Positions 50,028-62,237 are shown, counted from the first letter of the whole stretch. The stretch is DNA of 63,826 nt, filler included, from Octopus bimaculoides (GCF_001194135.2; 6 parts of 6 records of this genome joined end to end with filler, not necessarily neighbours in it); one strand, 5' to 3'. Notes: generated by a model not told the origin, from the sequence alone. Numbers and translations are program-made.

Positions 50028-50199
50028 GTATGTATGTATGTATGTATGCATGTATGTATGTATGCATATATGCAGGCATGTACATATGTATGTAAGAATG
50101 TATGTATGCATATATGCAGGCATGTATGTATGTATGTAAGTATGTATGTATATATGTACTTCTCCTTCCCTTTTTAATTTGGTAGCAAGGTTGTGAAGG

Positions 50200-50352
50200 T
50201 GTCTTGTTTTAAACATCATCCTTTGAATCTGAAGAAGGTCCTAACAGACTTTTATGGTCCCAGATATCATGGTCAATCATGGTGTATAAATTAAGGATTT
50301 GCTTTCTCTCCTCAAAATACCAAGTTCAGCCATACTTTGCTCCAAGGCATGC
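50200..50352 (-). mobile_element. R4/Dong-like C-terminal fragment, paralogous to 47510-47640
   Basis: GGAGCAAAGTATGG...GGAGAGAAAGCAAAT is shared with 47510-47560. Translates (LEQSMAELG)..MISGTIK. Confidence 0.7.
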
Positions 50353-50387
50353 TGGTATTTCATTTATTTTTTATTCATTTATTCATT

Positions 50388-51294
50388 TATTTGTTTCAGT
50401 CATTTGACTGTGGCCATGCTGGAGCACCGCCTTTAGTAAAGCAAATTAAACCCAGGACTTATTCTTTGCAAGCCTAGTACTTATTCTATCGATCTCTTTT
50501 GCCGAACCACTAAGTTACGGGGATATAAACACACTAGCATCAGTTGTCAAGCAATGTTGTGGGGACAAACACAGACATACAAACATATACACACACATAC
50601 GAAATCGAAATCGAACCAAATTCGACGACTGGCACCCATGCCAACCTCTCCTTCATTGGACACTAAACTCTGCTTGTGAAGACCTGTTGGGGCAAGTGAA
50701 ATCGAAATCATAATTGAACCATATTCGATGACTGGCACCTGTGCTAGTGGCCTGTAAATAGCACCATTTGAGCGTAATCGTTACCAGCATCGCCTTACTG
50801 GCACTTGTGCCGGTGGCACGTTAAAAAATCACTCAAGCGAGGTCGTTGCCAGTGCCGCTGGACTGGCTCCTGTACAGGTGGCACGAAAAAACACCATTTT
50901 GAGCGTGGCCATTGCCAGTACCGTGTGACTGGCCCTCCTGCCGGTGGCACATAAAAGCACCCACTACACTCTCGGAGTGGTTGGCGTTAGGAAGGACATC
51001 CAGCTGTAGAAACTCTGCCAGATCAGATTGCGGCCTGGTGCAGCCATCCGGTTCACCAGTCCTCAGTCAAATTGTCCAACCCATGCTAGCATGGAAAGCG
51101 GACATTAAACGATGATGATGATGATGATATATACGATGGGCTTCTTTCAGTTTCCGTCAACCAAATCCACTCACAAGGCTTTGGTCAGCCCGAGGCTATA
51201 GTAAAAGACACTTGCCCAAGGTGCCACGCAGTGAAACTGAACCTGTAACCATGTTGTTGGTAAGCAAGCTTCTTACCACACAGCCACTTCTGCG
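50388..51294 (-). mobile_element. SINE family A split by an RTE-tail element (50601-51128, plus strand) in its central microsatellite
   Basis: SINE tail at 50388-50600 and head at 51129-51294. The insert carries AAAAGCACC repeats and ends GGACATTAAAC(GAT)n. Confidence 0.88.
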
Positions 51295-51781
51295 CCTATG
51301 TACCCTGTTGCTACAATAATAATAGGTATGAAGCTGAAAGAGTATCTTGGGTACTAGATTTGCAAACTCGCTCATATATAAGTGTGTGTGTGTGTGCGCG
51401 CACACATGCATATGTATGTGCATGTGTGTATACATGTATATATATATATGTATGTATGTACATAAGTATGAATGAGATATCTACATAGCAGTTTGACTTG
51501 TTAGAAATAATAGCCAAATTCCATTCAAGTATATCACTCATGCATACCTCTCCTTTCTGCCATATGATATATTCAATGTCATCTTGAGCACAATGCATGA
51601 ACATTGACCAAACAATTTGTACATTGAGGGATAGTATTCTGAGCCACATTCCTACTTTAAAAACAATCTATTTTTAGAACAGCAACAAGAATAGACATAA
51701 TTCATGACACAGCTCCATATAATAAACACTTTTGACGATCTAATGTGAAACCAGTCAAGTGTATTCCTATATCTTAAAATA

Positions 51782-51908
51782 CAGGGTGTCCACAAAGTCT
51801 GGGTACATGGAGTAAATTTTTTAAAAATCATAACATAGACAATTAAATATAAGAAATAATTTCTTAAAGCATGTTAATCCTATGTACCCAGACTTTGTGG
51901 ACACCATG
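51782..51908. mobile_element. Tc1/mariner-type MITE, 127 bp
   Basis: 27-bp TIRs CAGGGTGTCCACAAAGTCTGGGTACAT (26/27 match), TA on both sides. Confidence 0.93.
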
Positions 51909-51998
51909 TAGAATTAAATTGTAATGTATTTTCTGTGCATTTTCAATTTCATTTCTTCTATTCCGGCACTTATTTAGATTAATAATTATAATGATAAT

Positions 51999-52099
51999 AA
52001 TAGTCAAGATGAAGAGTGCGATTCGACTGTATAGATATTTTATTCGTTCAACAAATAAAATATCTATACAATCGAATCGCGCTCTTCGTCTTGACTATT
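51999..52099. repeat. Near-perfect inverted repeat (46-bp arms, short loop)
   Basis: Arms 51999-52044 and 52054-52099 with 3 mismatches. Confidence 0.95.
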
Positions 52100-52164
52100 T
52101 ACTTTCGTGAAGACTTACGTCAATCCTTTTTAAAATAATAATAATAATAATAATAAAAATAATA

Positions 52165-52400
52165 ATAAGCATATATTACTTCTTTATATTCTTCCCGATT
52201 CCATTTAATTCTTTTACATTCTTGATTTTGTGGTCGTTGTGGTGGTGAACTTTGGTGGCTTAATTTGGGACAAATTTCAGGTTCATATTCGGGGAAGATA
52301 TTCTGCCATTTGAAAATTTTTCGTCGTCAGGCTGACAGATTCCTGACAGGCGCGCTTCCATTATAACCATTGGACAAGCGATTTGGTGTACTGTTTGAAT
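52165..52400 (-). mobile_element. Probable 5' portion of an R4/Dong-like LINE (Myb-like N-terminus)
   Basis: QRPQNQECKRIKWNREEYKEVIYAYY resembles the R.KW..EE...V..CY N-terminal motif of such ORFs. It ends at a (TAA)n tract. Confidence 0.6.
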
Positions 52401-52689
52401 TTTTTTTTTTTAAGTAAAGTTAAATTATAATTAAATTTTCATTTTTTAATTTTTTAAATTTTATTTTACAAATTTATTATTTTTTTAAATATATTTTTAA
52501 AACCACTAATCTTCATACAGGGGCCGCGTTTATCATCATTAGCAGCAGCAGCACTACCACCACCACCAGTAGTTGTAGTAGCAGCAGCAACATCACNNNN
52601 NNNNNNNNNNNNNNNNNNNNNNNNNNNNNNNNNNNNNNNNTTAATTAATTAANNNNNNNNNNNNNNNNNNNNNNNNNNNNNNNNNNNNN

Positions 52690-52996
52690 NNNNNNNCCCA
52701 ATCTGATAGAATTCTGGCAAAACTGTTTAGCAACAGATCGCCAGCAATTGCTTCATCACAAATTGCCATCCTAGCTCCTGTGAAAAGGGATTACCCTGCT
52801 ATGTATAATCATGGCAGCGCAAAACAGCCTTCAGACTTTCCCTATTAATTTCATCGTCTTTTAAATTATGAACATATTTACATCATAAGGGTTTTTTCGT
52901 TGTAAGGCTTTCTTTTTTAGTTGATTTTCAGCTAGCAAGACTTATCGTAGATAGCATAATGAGTTACACCCGGACAAGGTCGGATTATACTGCTAG
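52690..52996 (+). mobile_element. Possible Helitron 3' end
   Basis: ACCCGGACAAGGTCGG...CTGCTAG|T resembles the 39993-40021 terminus. Confidence 0.45.
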
Positions 52997-53750
52997 TGAC
53001 CTATAAACGAAAGCTCTTCTGACGAGATTATTACAATATCAAGATTAAGAAAATGCTTCTAGGGAAAAATTAATAGAGATTATTCACAACTCTCTTTATA
53101 CATAACAAACCTAACAGAACATGGAGAATTAAACACTAAAAATAAGTAACTAAACAAACTGGGGCAAGTCGCTTAAAAAGACAGCCAAATTGAAAAAATA
53201 AACATTCTTCTTGCTAGGTGAAACAGTAACATATCAGGTTAGCATATAATAATAGGTAGTCTTAAATCGATATGCGAGATATCTCTTTTGTTCAAATATC
53301 TCATTTTACAATCTTACATGAACGCTTAATCCAATTGTGCGGAAAGATAAAACTAAAATAGTTGAAGTTATGTATCTGACTTATAGATAGGAAAGTATAA
53401 TATAACTGCTCGTATAATAAAAGACGTTGATGATTCGGCGAAGGAGTTTCTACGTGGTCGCTGCCTCGCGATACCAAATTTACCTGAAACCACCGACCTT
53501 AAAATTGGTAAAATGTAATGGTTAAATGTAATACTAAATAAATTTTGTTTGAAAATGAAAAAGAAAAAAGAATGATCATATCTTCAACGAGGTCTTTGAA
53601 TATGAATCTGCCGGATCAAATCTGACTTGCGACTAAACGACCGTACTACCAAAAGCAAACGTTGTATAACAACTAGCTAGATGTGTGTGCACGTGTGCGC
53701 GCGTGTGTGTGTGTGTGTGTGTGTATGTGTGTGTGGGTGTGCCCGCGTAT

Positions 53751-54100
53751 AAAAGTTAATACGTGTTTCAGTATGTGTGATTATGCGGTGTAAAGACGGC
53801 GTTGATATATTTGTGCAATCAGCATGGGATAACAGGCATACATCTTTTATAACATTCCATTGTAAATCACCAGAGCAAAACAAAAACAACAACAACAACA
53901 ATAGCACTCCTACCACCAGCACCAACACCACCACCACAGCAACAACAACAACGAACATCAATAAATGCAGCAAAAAGAATACAATAACATGTGCAACAAA
54001 CGAATACAAAAATAAATTAAATTTGAGATAGAGACTGGCACATTATAACGTGGATCCTAGCTGCCTAGGTTCGTCAGGATGTGTTTACTCGGAATGTCTT
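53751..54100 (+). repeat. Left arm of an inverted duplication (partner 56148-56470)
   Basis: Includes the shared block GACGGCGTTGATATATTTGTGCAATCAGCATGGGATAACAGGCATA.ATCTTTTATAACATTCCATTGTAAATCACCAGAGCAAAAC. Confidence 0.93.
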
Positions 54101-55365
54101 ATACGAGAGTAAGCGATTCAATGCACCACAAGAACACTCTTATTGATATATAATAAAAGTTACTCATATAATTATCTGTTTTATTTGTTTCCAGTCATTG
54201 GACTGCGGCCTTACTGTGAAATCACCTTGAAGGGTTTAGTCGGATCGACCAACCTTTGAACTTATTATTAAGTTTGATGCTTACTTGCTTGTTCCACCAT
54301 TGTATTTGCTGAACAACTAAGTTACAAGGAGAATCCAGGAAAGAATACTTGAAATTTCTGATTAAAAAACTGCAAATTCCTTTTTTACGTCTCGATGCGC
54401 TGGAGAGCATTTGCCTCAATTCTTGTGATTAGTTATTAATTCTGAAAGACTATCGCAAACATTTGTTAACACTTTGTTTAAGCGTTTGCTACACAGCTGT
54501 GAGACTATTCTAAATCCGATCTAAGATGTCATCGATCCAGTATCTTTTCCTTCGACTACCCCTCTCATAGTGGGTACCTCACGTTGTTGGCTCTTTTTTG
54601 CAATGTTAGTGCAGATAATGAAAAAAGGAATATATTTGGTATTTTGTTCTCTTTACGGAACCACTCTTTACTTTTTTTATGTTCAAACCAACTGATTCAT
54701 ACAAACTTTCACCATCGCCATAGCCATAGCTCAAAGGCATAGGCGTTAGTTTAATTTATTTAGAGCAGGGAAGGGCAGCTTTTCGTCAACTGGGGTCCGC
54801 ATCGTACCATTTCCAAGTGGGACAGGNNNNNNNNNNATGATAAAACACATATGCATGAAGTATTACTTGGCCACTTTACACTGAATTTTTTTTTTTTGCA
54901 GTTCTTCCTAATTTTATTTGTCTTAGTGTGGAAGTTTACAATAAGGTGGCATCTCTTTCATTTAATGATGATTACTAGTTTCAATAAATTATAGTTTAAA
55001 ATATCGAGTTAACAAAAAGAACAAGAAAATTCATTGATATTTTACTAAAGAACAAATTTCATTATCTGTATCAATGAGATTTTTGCGCAATCACATTCTT
55101 TACCATATTTTCAATATTAGGAAGAATTTGAGATATCGCTACTCTTAGGTTATGTTGCAAATTAGTAATCTAGAAACTCGTCGAGGGCTGCACAACATGG
55201 CGAGAGCAGCAGGTTGCCCATGCATACTTAAGAATACAACTCTTACAGCTTTTCTCAGCAATACCTCATATAACTGATCTGGCTAGTTGTTATTTAGTTA
55301 AAAGCTTAACTCAGTTGACCTCAATATCTTCGTGAAATACGTATATAATTTGATCGGCTTCGCTC

Positions 55366-55650
55366 TCCGTCGGTTATGACGACGAGTGTTCTAGTTGATA
55401 CGATCAACCGAACGGCCTGCTCGTGAAATTAACGTGCGAGTGGATGAGTATTTCACAGGCACGCGTCGTAACCTTAACCTAGTTGTCCGGGAGATCCAGC
55501 GTGACACAGAGTGTGACAAGACTGACACTCCGAAATACAGGTGCAACTCATTTTCTCCAGCAACGAAAAATATTGTGTTTGGCTCAAGGACGCAACGCAT
55601 CACCCGGGGATCGAATTCACAAGACTACGACCACTAAAGCACGTAATTAG
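55366..55650 (-). mobile_element. SINE with the same 3' module as 31400-31580
   Basis: TCGTGAAATTAACGTG and CAGCGTGACACAGA.TGTGACAAG are shared; the head is diverged and family D-like. Confidence 0.7.
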
Positions 55651-56147
55651 AGGATCAGAAACTGCTGCGTTAATCTTAACATTGAAGGTAAATACTTGTG
55701 AGCTGAAGATGCTGCTGTACTCCATCTTCGAATACAAGAGTTGATGTCTCAACAGGCGGCGAAGCAACTCTGCCGATATTTGGAGAAAGAAAAGGAGACA
55801 GTACGTAAGTGGACCAATGACTGAGGCACATTTGCGATTGAACATATCAACCACTTAAGCTACACTGCATAAGAAATGTAATCTAGGGTGTACCTGCTGT
55901 AGCAGCAACCTGGTCTCAAATATGAACATTACCTAACTGATGATCAACTGTTCAGAGCTAAAGTATATTTCCTAACCATAGAAAAGGAAAAGCAGCGGTG
56001 GTGGTGGTGGTGGTGGTGGTGGTGGTGGTGGGGATCGTCGTCGTCGTGATGAAGCTTGAAGCGGTGCTAGTGTTTTTGTGTATTAGTTTTTAATGTTTAG
56101 CTCTAGGTTAATCCCAATCTAGAAGAGCTATAAAAAAAAAAAAGAGA

Positions 56148-56470
56148 AAGACATTCCAGGTAAGCCCATCATGACGAACGTGGGCAGCTAGGACTACATG
56201 TTGAAATATGTCCGTCTCTATCTCAAACTGAATTTACTATTGTATTCGTTTATTGCATTCTTTTTGCTGTATTTATTGTTGTTGTGGTGGTGGTGGTGGT
56301 GGGTGTATCGTTGCGGTTGTTGTTGTTGTTGTAGTTTTGCTCTGGTGATTTACAATGGAATGTTATAAAAGATTTATGCCTGTTATCCCATGCTGATTGC
56401 ACAAATATATCAACGCCGTCTCTTCACACTGCATAATCACACATACTGACGCACACACGCATTAGCTTTC
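56148..56470 (-). repeat. Right arm of the inverted duplication
   Basis: Reverse complement aligns to 53751-54100. Confidence 0.93.
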
Positions 56471-56929
56471 AGACACACACACTCATACACACACACACTC
56501 ACACACACACACACACACACACACGCATGCACACATACACACACATACATACACACACATACATACACACACAAATACATACTCATTCATGTACATACAC
56601 ACACAAACACATACACTTACATATATATACACACGGCCGCTGTCACACACACACACACACACACACACAGGTACTCACATATATCACCTACACGTAATAT
56701 CTCTCCCACCACCACCACCACCACCACCACCGCCACCACCACCTTCACCACCAGCGTTTACAATATTGCCCCGCCTCTTGTTTATAATTAACACTGCTAC
56801 CAAAACACTTATTCACACTGGAGGGAAAAAATAAATAAAAAACAACAACAAAATTTTACTGCTGTCACTACTACAATGACTGCAAATGCAATCACATTCT
56901 GAACCACTACCAAGCAACGTATTATCAAA

Positions 56930-57392
56930 CAAATCACCACCATACCAACCACTACAACACAAACTAACACCGCACAATCTACTATTAAGCTCTGTCACCA
57001 TCTCTTAACGAAACACAGTGACCAGCGCACACTAGTCACTGCATGCACGACTGCGAGAAATCATATCTTAAACGACGACAATCCAAGCTATTGCAATTCG
57101 AACCGCTACCACACAAGAAACTACCACACACACTTCTACGATGCAGACCATTGCAATATGAACTACTACCACACAAACCACTATTAAGCTCTATCACACT
57201 AGAGTCACTGCATGCATGACTGCGAGAAATCACATGTTAAACGTCTACAATGCAAACTATTGCAACACAAGCCGTTACCACAAAAAAAAAAGACTACCAC
57301 AGAAATTACTACCACACAAACTACTGCCAGGCAAACCATTGCGATACGAACTACTACCACACAAACCATGACAAATTACTATTAGCTCTTCA
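56930..57392. repeat. Diverged tandem repeat, unit ~170-200 bp, ACT/ACC-rich
   Basis: AGTCACTGCATGCA.GACTGCGAGAAATCA at 57034 and 57203; CTATTA(A)GCTCT at 56982, 57181 and 57379. Confidence 0.8.
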
Positions 57393-57410
57393 GAAACACA
57401 CCAACAATAA

Positions 57411-57625
57411 GTTGGCGAGCTGGCAGAAACGTAAGGACGCCGGGCGAAATGCTTAGCGGTATTTCGTCTGCCGTTACGTTCTGAGTTCAAATTCCGCCGA
57501 CGTCGACTTTGCCTTTCATCCTTTCGGGGTCGATAAATTAAGTACCAGTTACACACTGGGGTCGATGTAATCGACTTAATCCCATGTTTGTCCCCTCTAT
57601 GTTTAGCCCCTTGTGGGCAGTAAAA
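57411..57625 (+). mobile_element. SINE family B, young, CpG intact
   Basis: GGCGAGCTGGCAGAAACG...GTTCTGAGTTCAAATTCCGCCG...GGGGTCGATAAATTAAGTACCAG. Confidence 0.92.
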
Positions 57626-58008
57626 AAACGAAAAACAGAAGCGAAATTTCTTTCAAATCTTACCGTGTTACAAATATGAAGGACATATTGGCCAATGTAA
57701 ACTTAGAGCTAGAAAAAGGCAGTATGGTCACTAATGAAACGTCTTTGGTCTGCCCAATCAGAGCTGATTAGTGATTGAGCAACAACAATAACAGCAACAA
57801 TATCAACAAGCAGAACTGGCTCTTATGTACCTTGTATAGCATTCACTCTGCTGCATGCATCCAGCCATGTATTCCTCGTTGGCTTGATGTAGACAAGGTA
57901 CATGCAGTGTGTAGATTATGGCTGCTTTTTTTTTTCTAGCCTAACAGGTTCAACAACCGCATAGAATCTCCCTCATTGACACGATCAAATTAAAACAGCA
58001 TATATATA

Positions 58009-58065
<57 letters not shown>

Positions 58066-59777
58066 TTAAAGAGTAAAACACTCAAGAGGCCTGTGGATTT
58101 TGTAGTCTATAGCTATGATATACACTTTCCTTGTTGGTAGTTTAGCGGGTTCAACCAATCAGTGTGCGACTCTCGTGTCACCCAAATGTTTGTCCTTATA
58201 ATATGTGACATACAAATACTTTAGTTCCAGTTCTTTTAATGGTTCTTCAAAGCAAGACAAGGCTCGGGACTATTTGAGCGGAAGTAAACAAAAGACCCTT
58301 CCTTGAACGATCGAGATATCATACAAATCTGTGACATTGAAATACCGCCATTTTATAGTTTCCCCAAACATAGCGGCGCGCAAATTGTAGTAGAGGCGGG
58401 AACAGTCGTAACCATCCACTCAGTCGTGCGATTACCTTCTGCGATGATGTATTTATCATTGTCACAAGCCATAACAAAAGGACACAACAGTTGCAAAGTT
58501 ACAGCGAAAGGTGATCGTACTCGATAAAGAGTCCACAGAAACAATATATATGTTCATATATATACGATGACTGATTCATCTTGTCAGATGACAGCCGTCT
58601 CTCTGAGACGGTTGTAGGTTCCAGTGACTGGTAGAGGTGAAAAAGTGAGAGTTTCGTGCGCAATACTCACCAACCACTCGTCCAGTGAGTGACTCATGAT
58701 TTTTTACAAACCATTGAAATATACGTAGGCTTATGAATTGCATTCTAATTCTAGTGTTTGTTCCACTCAGTACACATACACACACACACACACATACACA
58801 CACATACACCCACAGGCACGAATACATGTAAGTGGATGTGTGTATGTATATATATATATAAACAAATGGTAAATGAGTATATGCATATATACGTACAGGT
58901 ATGTGCATACCGACATCCACCTGTATGTATAGGTGCATATCTGGGTACAGGACATTGCAAACAAACGTAGACGAGAACACACGAGCCACATAGAGAACAT
59001 TCTCCTTCATCAGCCACCCACGTTTTAACACCGGCGTTTCGACGAGCTTGGGCAGGACGCATCGCTAAAACGGCTCGTCCCATNNNNNNNNNNNNNNNNN
59101 NNNNNNNNNNNNNNNNNNNNNNNNNNNNNNNNNNNNNNNNNNNNNNNNNNNNNNNNNNNNNNNNNNNNNNNNNNNNNNNNNNNNNNNNNNNNNNNNNNNN
59201 NNNNNNNNNNNNNNNNNNNNNNNNNNNNNNNNNNNNNNNNNNNNNNNNNNNNNNNNNNNNNNNNNNNNNNNNNNNNNNNNNNNNNNNGCGATGAGGCACG
59301 CACCAGAGAGGGACAAAGTGGTGCGTGCGTTGCTTGGCGAAAGCCAAGGAAGGAAAGGATTATTGACCGGAAGCATGTGACCATGCCGGTGTAAGGGGAA
59401 GAGAGAGAGTGGTAGAGGGAGAAACAGAGGGAGGAAGTAGAAGAATAGGTGAGCAACGAGAGGAAAAGAGAAAGAGAGGAAATACGAGGGGGAAAAAGAT
59501 ATATATATATATATATATACATCTACATAAATACGCACACCTGCATATAATATATATATATATATACACACGTACATGTAGATGTAGGTATGTACATACA
59601 TGTATGTATATATGCATATACTCACATATTATTTATATATATATACATACGTGTGTGTGTATTCATGTATATATGCATACAATCACATACACATACACAC
59701 ACACGTACACATATACATTTATTTATAAAAAAAGGAAGAAAAACAGAACGTGAGGGAGTGAATGAGAGAGGGGAAAC

Positions 59778-59809
<32 letters not shown>

Positions 59810-60129
59810 GTGGGGGGAGAGAAAGAGAGAGGAAAAAAACAAGGCGAGTGAAAGAACGTATTTCGCTTCGATGTGGAGTAGCATAATAAAACATAAAATA
59901 TAAAGTGAGTGAAGGAAAACAAAGAAAAAAAAACAACTAAGAAAAGCATAAGTAAATATAGAATATAAGGGAAAAATAAAATTTACATTTAAAAGGACCA
60001 ATTAGAGTAAGTAAATAATAACATGATTAAAAATTTTAATGATTGAAAATATTTATTTTAAAAACCAAATTAGAAAACAGATAATATTGAAATTTAGGAA
60101 TAATAATTGTACGTCATATGTTGGCTCCC

Positions 60130-60167
60130 TATGCCATCCAGTTCGAAGCTTTGAACTGGGTGGCATA
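60130..60167. repeat. 38-bp imperfect palindrome
   Basis: TATGCCATCCAGTTCGAAGCTTTGAACTGGGTGGCATA, with two G:T oppositions. Confidence 0.9.
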
Positions 60168-60262
60168 CACATATACATTTAAACTGATCGATATGTATCT
60201 AAACGGTTATGTTGGTTTAGATGTATATAGATTAAAAATTATAAATTAAAAGATACGATTCT

Positions 60263-60715
60263 AATAATCCTTTCTATTATAGGCACACGGCCTGAAATGT
60301 TATGATAGGTGGTAATTCGATTAATTGGACAGCAAGTGCTCGACTGGTACTTATTTGTCATCTACTACGAAAGGGTGAAAGTCAAAGTAGAACTGGCAGA
60401 ATTTGAACTCAGAACGTAAAGACAAATGAAATGTTACTAAGCATTTTGTCCGGCGTGCTAACGACTCGGCCAGTTCGCCCACCTTATACGAATGTAATAA
60501 TAGTTTCAAAATTTGGCACAAGGCCATCATTTTCGGGGGAAGGGTAAATCGATACCATTGACCCCACTGCTCAAACTGCTACTTATTTTACTGAGCTCGA
60601 AAGGATGAAAGACAAGGACAACCTACGCAGAATTTGAAACCAGAACGCAAAGACGGACGAAATACTGCTAAACATTCTGTCCGGCGCGCTAACGACTCAG
60701 CCAGTCCATGTCTTT
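60263..60715 (-). mobile_element. Tandem pair of SINE family B copies
   Basis: Copies at ~60263-60485 and ~60497-60715; diverged, but many CpGs retained. Confidence 0.85.
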
Positions 60716-60722
60716 TACGACT

Positions 60723-60808
<86 letters not shown>

Positions 60809-61231
60809 AATAATAATAAGAAGAAGAATATATGTATATATATGTGTGTGTGTATATATATATNNNNNNNNNNNNNNNNNNNNNNNNNNNNNNNNNNNNN
60901 NNNNNNNNNNNNNNNNNNNNNNNNNNNNNNNNNNNNNNNNNNNNNNNNNNNNNNNNNNNNNNNNNNNNNNNNNNNNNNNNNNNNNNNNNNNNNNNNNNNN
61001 NNNNNNNNNNNNNNNNNNNNNNNNNNNNNNNNNNNNNNNNNNNNNNNNNNNNNNNNNNNGTTCTAGATAGGGGGAGGTAATTAGGGATTTCTTCCGGTAT
61101 AGGGGAGATAATCGAAATCTAGGAGGTGGTAGAATTTGATTAATTTACCATGGTTTTGTTCTATATTTCTTTTATATATATACATATATATATATATATA
61201 TGTATATGTATATGTATATATATATATATTC

Positions 61232-61490
61232 TTTTATTCTTTTATTTGTTTCAATCATTTGACTGTGGCCATGCTGGAGCACCGCCTTTAGTAAAAAGAG
61301 TACTTATTTTATTGGTGTATTTTACTGAACCGCTAAGTTACTGGGACGTAAACACACCAGCATCGGTTGTCAGGCGATGTTGGAGGGAGGGACAAACACA
61401 GACACGCAAAAATATACACACACAAACACACACACACACACATATACACCCCCCCCCCACATATATATATATAGGACGGGCTTCTTTCAT
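61232..61490 (-). mobile_element. SINE family A, 3' part
   Basis: TCATTTGACTGTGGCCATGCTGGAGCACCGCC...CCAGCATCGGTTGTCA. Confidence 0.88.
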
Positions 61491-62237
61491 ATATATGCGT
61501 CTATGTATGTATCTACGTATGTATGTATATTATAATGGAGAAAGCAGCTTATTAATTAGGTATGTAACAGTTACTAAAAGAAAGCAATTATTGAAGGCTT
61601 GACCGCCTGGAAATTTTTTATAAAATAAAATTCATTTTCCCAGAAACTTCCTGTATTTTCGATTTCTGAAGTTTATTGAATATTTGAATATTTGAGCTAC
61701 AAGTTTTTCATAAATTTATATATTCGTTACATTCACTCCGGAGTACATTTAACGTTTTAGCCTCGCTATCACCCATAGTAATGCTGCCTGCGTGCTGGGT
61801 TGCTTCAGAAGGTTCCGTTAAACGTTGTGCTGTGATTAAGAAAAGAAAAAAAATCCCCACAAATGGTTCAATACAGTTTTATCAGAAAGATTTGGCAGAA
61901 TTAAACGAAGTTTATCCGATAATTCTCTTTGATGTAAATAAATGTTTCTGTTAATTAAGTTTTAACAGAAAGATTTGGAAGAATTAGATGAAAGTTCTCC
62001 AGTAATTTTCTTTCATCTAAATAAATGTTTATGTTAAATTAGAGACAATCATAACATACAAGAAAACTTGTATATCTGATAGATGAAAATATTATTGTGT
62101 TGTGTTACAAACACCCCTCATTTATTATTCTATCAATTATTATACTTCAACATAATATAATCGACAATCCTTTATCGAATATTTCGAAGTCGGGAGAACT
62201 CCATAATTCAAAACTTTTTCGATTAAGGAAAGACATA

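Noticed and set aside
53015-53060. CTGACGAG...GAAA as a hammerhead ribozyme core
   Set aside because: The intervening sequence cannot form stem II. The RLE 3' UTR at 49730-49790 likewise lacks the GAAA core.
18397-60990. Long ORFs spanning X runs (for example 31581-32737, 38878-39807, 42733-43491)
   Set aside because: Their length comes from N gaps, not from sequence.
870-61602. Numerous ORFs made of CVCV, THTH, YIYI, RERE or poly-N/poly-Y
   Set aside because: They are translations of microsatellites that happen to lack stop codons.
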